In this document: positions 61,801 to 64,000 of the stretch, one piece after another | Numbering within the stretch: position 1 is the first letter of the stretch | Layout: the number at the start of each line of letters is the position of its first letter | DNA from: Fibrobacteria bacterium | GTDB lineage: Bacteria; Fibrobacterota; Chitinivibrionia; Chitinivibrionales; FEN-1185 | Length of the DNA stretch: 64,000 bases | Direction of reading: 5' to 3' | Assembly: GCA_037447435.1 (NCBI GenBank) | Contig: JBBIGR010000006.1 | Span: 94,136 to 158,135, forward strand | Translations under genes and position numbers: made by a program | The notes under the pieces: generated by a model | Databases searched by the model: none | Told to the model about the DNA's origin: nothing | The model's input: only the letters and a program-made list of their open reading frames with translations

Positions 61801-63328
61801 ACGGTTTGCAAAGGTGTTCCGCGATGCACCGATATGGATATCGATTACCGATTTGGAAAGCGGCATATATGTTGACGTGAATGAAGAGGCGTTGCGCGTA
61901 TCCGGTTTTACCCGCGACGAGGTCATCGGACATACCGCTGCGGAGCTGCAATGGATTTCGAACCAGGACCGGGAAATAATGATACGGGAAATAAAAACAA
62001 AAGGCAAAATTGACGGTTTGGAAATGAAATTCAGGGCCAAAGACGGCAAAACATTGCACGGCTGGTTCAAAGGCGAACAAATCGTGCTCGGCGGCAAACC
62101 CTGTTTATTGACGGTCACGATTGATATCACGGAACGCAAGCGGATAGAAGCCGAACATGCAAAATATGAACAACAAATGCAACAAAGCCAAAAACTCGAA
62201 TCGCTCGGCGTTTTGGCCGGCGGTATTGCGCATGATTTCAACAATTTGCTCGGCGGCATTTTCGGTTATATCGATATTGCGATGAAAGACTGCACTAACG
62301 ACAATGCCTCGGCATGCCTTTCGAAAGCCATAAACACCATAGACCGGGCGCGCGGGCTCACGCAGCAACTTCTCACCTTTGCAAAAGGCGGCGCACCGAT
62401 AAAAAAAACGGGGGCATTATTTCCTTTTGTAAAAGACACGGCGCATTTCGCCTTGAGCGGATCGAACGTTTCGTGCAATTTCGAGGTTCGGGCCGACCTC
62501 TGGCAGTGCAGTTTCGATAAAAACCAGATCGGGCAGGTCATCGACAACATCGTCATCAACGCTCAACAGGCGATGCCTGCGGGCGGGACAATAGTAATTT
62601 CGGCAAAAAATGTCACTGTGAAAGAGGCGCAACATCCGGTGCTTGCCCAGGGAAATTATGTGGTAATAGCAATAAAGGATAACGGCATCGGTATTCCCCA
62701 CGCTATCATATCCTCGATTTTCGACCCGTTTTTCACGACGAAAACAAAAGGCCACGGTCTGGGGCTGGCCACCTGTTATTCTATTGTCAATAGACACGGC
62801 GGCTATATCGCGGTTGAATCGGAACCGGGGAAAGGCAGCACCTTTTCCGTTTTTTTGCCCGCCGCAGCCGATTCGCCCGACACCGCAATACAGGAGCATT
62901 TCGTAACGCATACCGGGCAGGGGACATTCATCGTCATGGACGACGAAGAAGTAATTCGGGAAACCCTGGGCTCGATGCTCGAATCGTTCGGATATTCGGT
63001 CATTTACAAAGTAAACGGCCACGAAGCTATTGAATATTTTAAAAAAGCCTTTGAGGCCGGCTCCAAGGTTAGCGGAATGATTTTTGACCTGACCATCCCC
63101 GGCGACATGGGCGGCAAAGAAGCGATCAAGGAAATCAGGAAAATCGACGCCGCGGTTCCGGTGTTCGTCGCAAGCGGGTATGCAGAAGACCTTGCAATGG
63201 CAAATCCCACGGAATTCGGTTTTACCGCAAGCATGTGTAAACCGTTCAGAAGGATAGATCTTGCAAAAATGTTGAACAAATGGATGCCGGACACTCACCA
63301 ATCGGGCCATACGCAAAATCACGCATAG
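58877..63328 (+). CDS. CheR methyltransferase-coiled coil-multi-PAS-histidine kinase-REC fusion
   Basis: DFSHYR...LRRI.RR, IWIAGCSSGEEVYS, SCRNVLIYF; EELQS.NEE heptads; four PAS after the coil; GGIAHDFNNLL; REC. ATG 58877 preferred over the upstream extension. Confidence 0.9.
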   Translation: MKMNGNPENTEDSNDGHNGLETDVNNPQTQMNGFLPSTPLEEKALESILRLLFHSTQIDFSHYRQTTVLRRIMRRISLNNKTTFAEYLTFIENNPKEAELLYDDLLLSHTDFFRDPEIFEILKNAVFPKLVENRPAKTPIRIWIAGCSSGEEVYSLAICLHEFLVESKSVATVQIFGTDLNLRHITEARRAVYPDKIRKNISEKRLSRYFDPVHEGLQVTKQIREMCVFAVQDVTQDPPFPSIDLVSCRNVLIYFDAALQEIVIPLFHFALKPTGFLLLGTSESMSKFSELFTPVNQNINLFIKRSTRNKILYRFPTGRTASKSRNGLEQVPVLLTNNQPQGCIDMNRQIDAVLLDSFAPPCLVVDNNMQIRQFRGDTARFFSPAPGEASLKLSKMTSAGLMPDIYVAIEEAKKKNCKILKENISYSHKDARASIDIGVIPIHDPSTGMPCFLITFEPTSPSPSSESLLTGITPDVQGEIMRLQNELQATKEHLQSIVEEKDEVNQEMWAANEEIQSTNEELQSVNEEMEAAKEELESSNEELITLNEELCEKNNELKATEEKFRNLVWDMQVGVVLQDPNAELLLCNPKALELLGLTENQLLEKTSYDPDWNIVREDGTLFPGPQHPVPTAIRTGKPVRNVVMGIFRPLTQDRIWVIVDAQPQLNDDGTVRQVVCTFIDISERKKAEFQRETALAQLNERNQFVESLINLSPDIIYIYDIDSSSNIYSNDGVQNILGFSAMELKEMGPDMISRLMHPDDYLIYTNETSKKYAAAKDNDQIITQYRMKHKNGQWRWLFSNELIYLRKADGTPKQIFGIIHDITESIQAKDEILKQKIFFEQMFTQSSVSTQILDKDGWCERINPKLSDIFGVKPENIEGRIYNIFKDEAVKQGGVIPHLEKVFKEGKTAEWEVYFDIGIAADSQNIRVSEKKKVWYYNWAYPILDKDGQLSHVIIQHTNISKRKEAEEALRESEERFAKVFRDAPIWISITDLESGIYVDVNEEALRVSGFTRDEVIGHTAAELQWISNQDREIMIREIKTKGKIDGLEMKFRAKDGKTLHGWFKGEQIVLGGKPCLLTVTIDITERKRIEAEHAKYEQQMQQSQKLESLGVLAGGIAHDFNNLLGGIFGYIDIAMKDCTNDNASACLSKAINTIDRARGLTQQLLTFAKGGAPIKKTGALFPFVKDTAHFALSGSNVSCNFEVRADLWQCSFDKNQIGQVIDNIVINAQQAMPAGGTIVISAKNVTVKEAQHPVLAQGNYVVIAIKDNGIGIPHAIISSIFDPFFTTKTKGHGLGLATCYSIVNRHGGYIAVESEPGKGSTFSVFLPAAADSPDTAIQEHFVTHTGQGTFIVMDDEEVIRETLGSMLESFGYSVIYKVNGHEAIEYFKKAFEAGSKVSGMIFDLTIPGDMGGKEAIKEIRKIDAAVPVFVASGYAEDLAMANPTEFGFTASMCKPFRRIDLAKMLNKWMPDTHQSGHTQNHA

Positions 63329-63449
63329 CCATCACTCACCCACTCCTATAGTTGAACTATACCCCGTCCGGTCTTCGCTTTTACGAATACCGGCCGGGGC
63401 AGTCTTGTTATACCGATCGGAAAGCTCCGTAAAACGCAGTCTTTTTTCC

Positions 63450-63944
63450 TTACGGTATCACAACTTTGATCACATTGGAACGTACCGGGTTTATATTGAC
63501 AAATACATTCCTGCCGGTTGCCGGATCCGCGTATGAACTATTTATCGATCCGGCATTTGCGGTATAGGCTGCTATGAACATGGTTTGCCCTTCTAAAAAC
63601 CCGTCGTTGACCAGATTAGGCGCGGTCAACGTGATAGACGTGGAATCCACTCCCTTATTGAAAGCCATGACCGTGGCACTCGAGGATCTATAATGAGCAG
63701 GGTCGGACGACACCGATGAATCGGGCCCGAAAAACAGGAACACCCTATAGGGAATGTTCGGATCGGATATCGTGGAATCGGATAGCTTTATTCCGATCCG
63801 CAGTTTGTTGGTATCGGAAGAAGCCCAATGGAAAATGGTTGCCACACTGAACGACGGAATTTGACATAAAAATATCGTGCCCGTCGATTTTGTTCCTGAA
63901 CCGGAAAATTGGAATTGCGTCAACCGTGCGGTCGCATACCCCGG
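63450..63944 (-). pseudogene. Probably 5'-truncated beta-rich exported-type protein
   Basis: Protein-like frame (PGYATARLTQFQFSGSG...SNVIKVVIP) starts right after an in-frame TAA at 63945-63947, with no RBS or signal peptide. Confidence 0.4.
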
Positions 63945-64000
63945 TTATAGTTTTACAGGTAGTTTGATAATATGAATGATGCTTTAATATTCTTTGTATT

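Overview
Bacterial chromosomal window with no rRNA, tRNA, CRISPR array or intact mobile element detected. The organism is probably a flagellated diderm polysaccharide degrader; Fibrobacterota/Chitinispirillaceae-like is an inference from protein architectures. Contents in order: (1) 1-12.1 kb, a cluster of secreted enzymes with T9SS-type C-terminal domains (two alginate-lyase-fold proteins, GH88, an unassigned toroid-like protein, a DUF362-CBM multidomain protein); (2) dapL, a STAS protein and a membrane PilZ protein divergent from motAB, followed by a complete F1Fo ATP synthase operon and gap; (3) GH55, a hydrolase, OsmC, mtgA and a DUF4390-NtrY-NtrX-like module; (4) rex-serC-serA with two Rex-type boxes; (5) an MFS, small accessory genes and gpr; (6) a metal-uptake operon (His-rich beta-barrel, SBP, permease, no ATPase) led by a CxxC/RAPP leader peptide whose arrest codons can pair with the downstream Shine-Dalgarno; (7) about 17.5 kb of signalling genes: hybrid kinases, a sigma54 activator, a sigma54 promoter with enhancer-like and IHF sites, a poly-HAMP MCP, a CheD lacking its catalytic Cys, and a CheR-kinase fusion, with no cheA, cheW or cheB. 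The best candidates for undescribed systems are the RAPP-controlled ATPase-less metal importer, the secreted DUF362-CBM protein and its lyase cluster, and the CheA-less chemosensory-like cluster. All family calls come from motif recognition by eye; no database searches were run.
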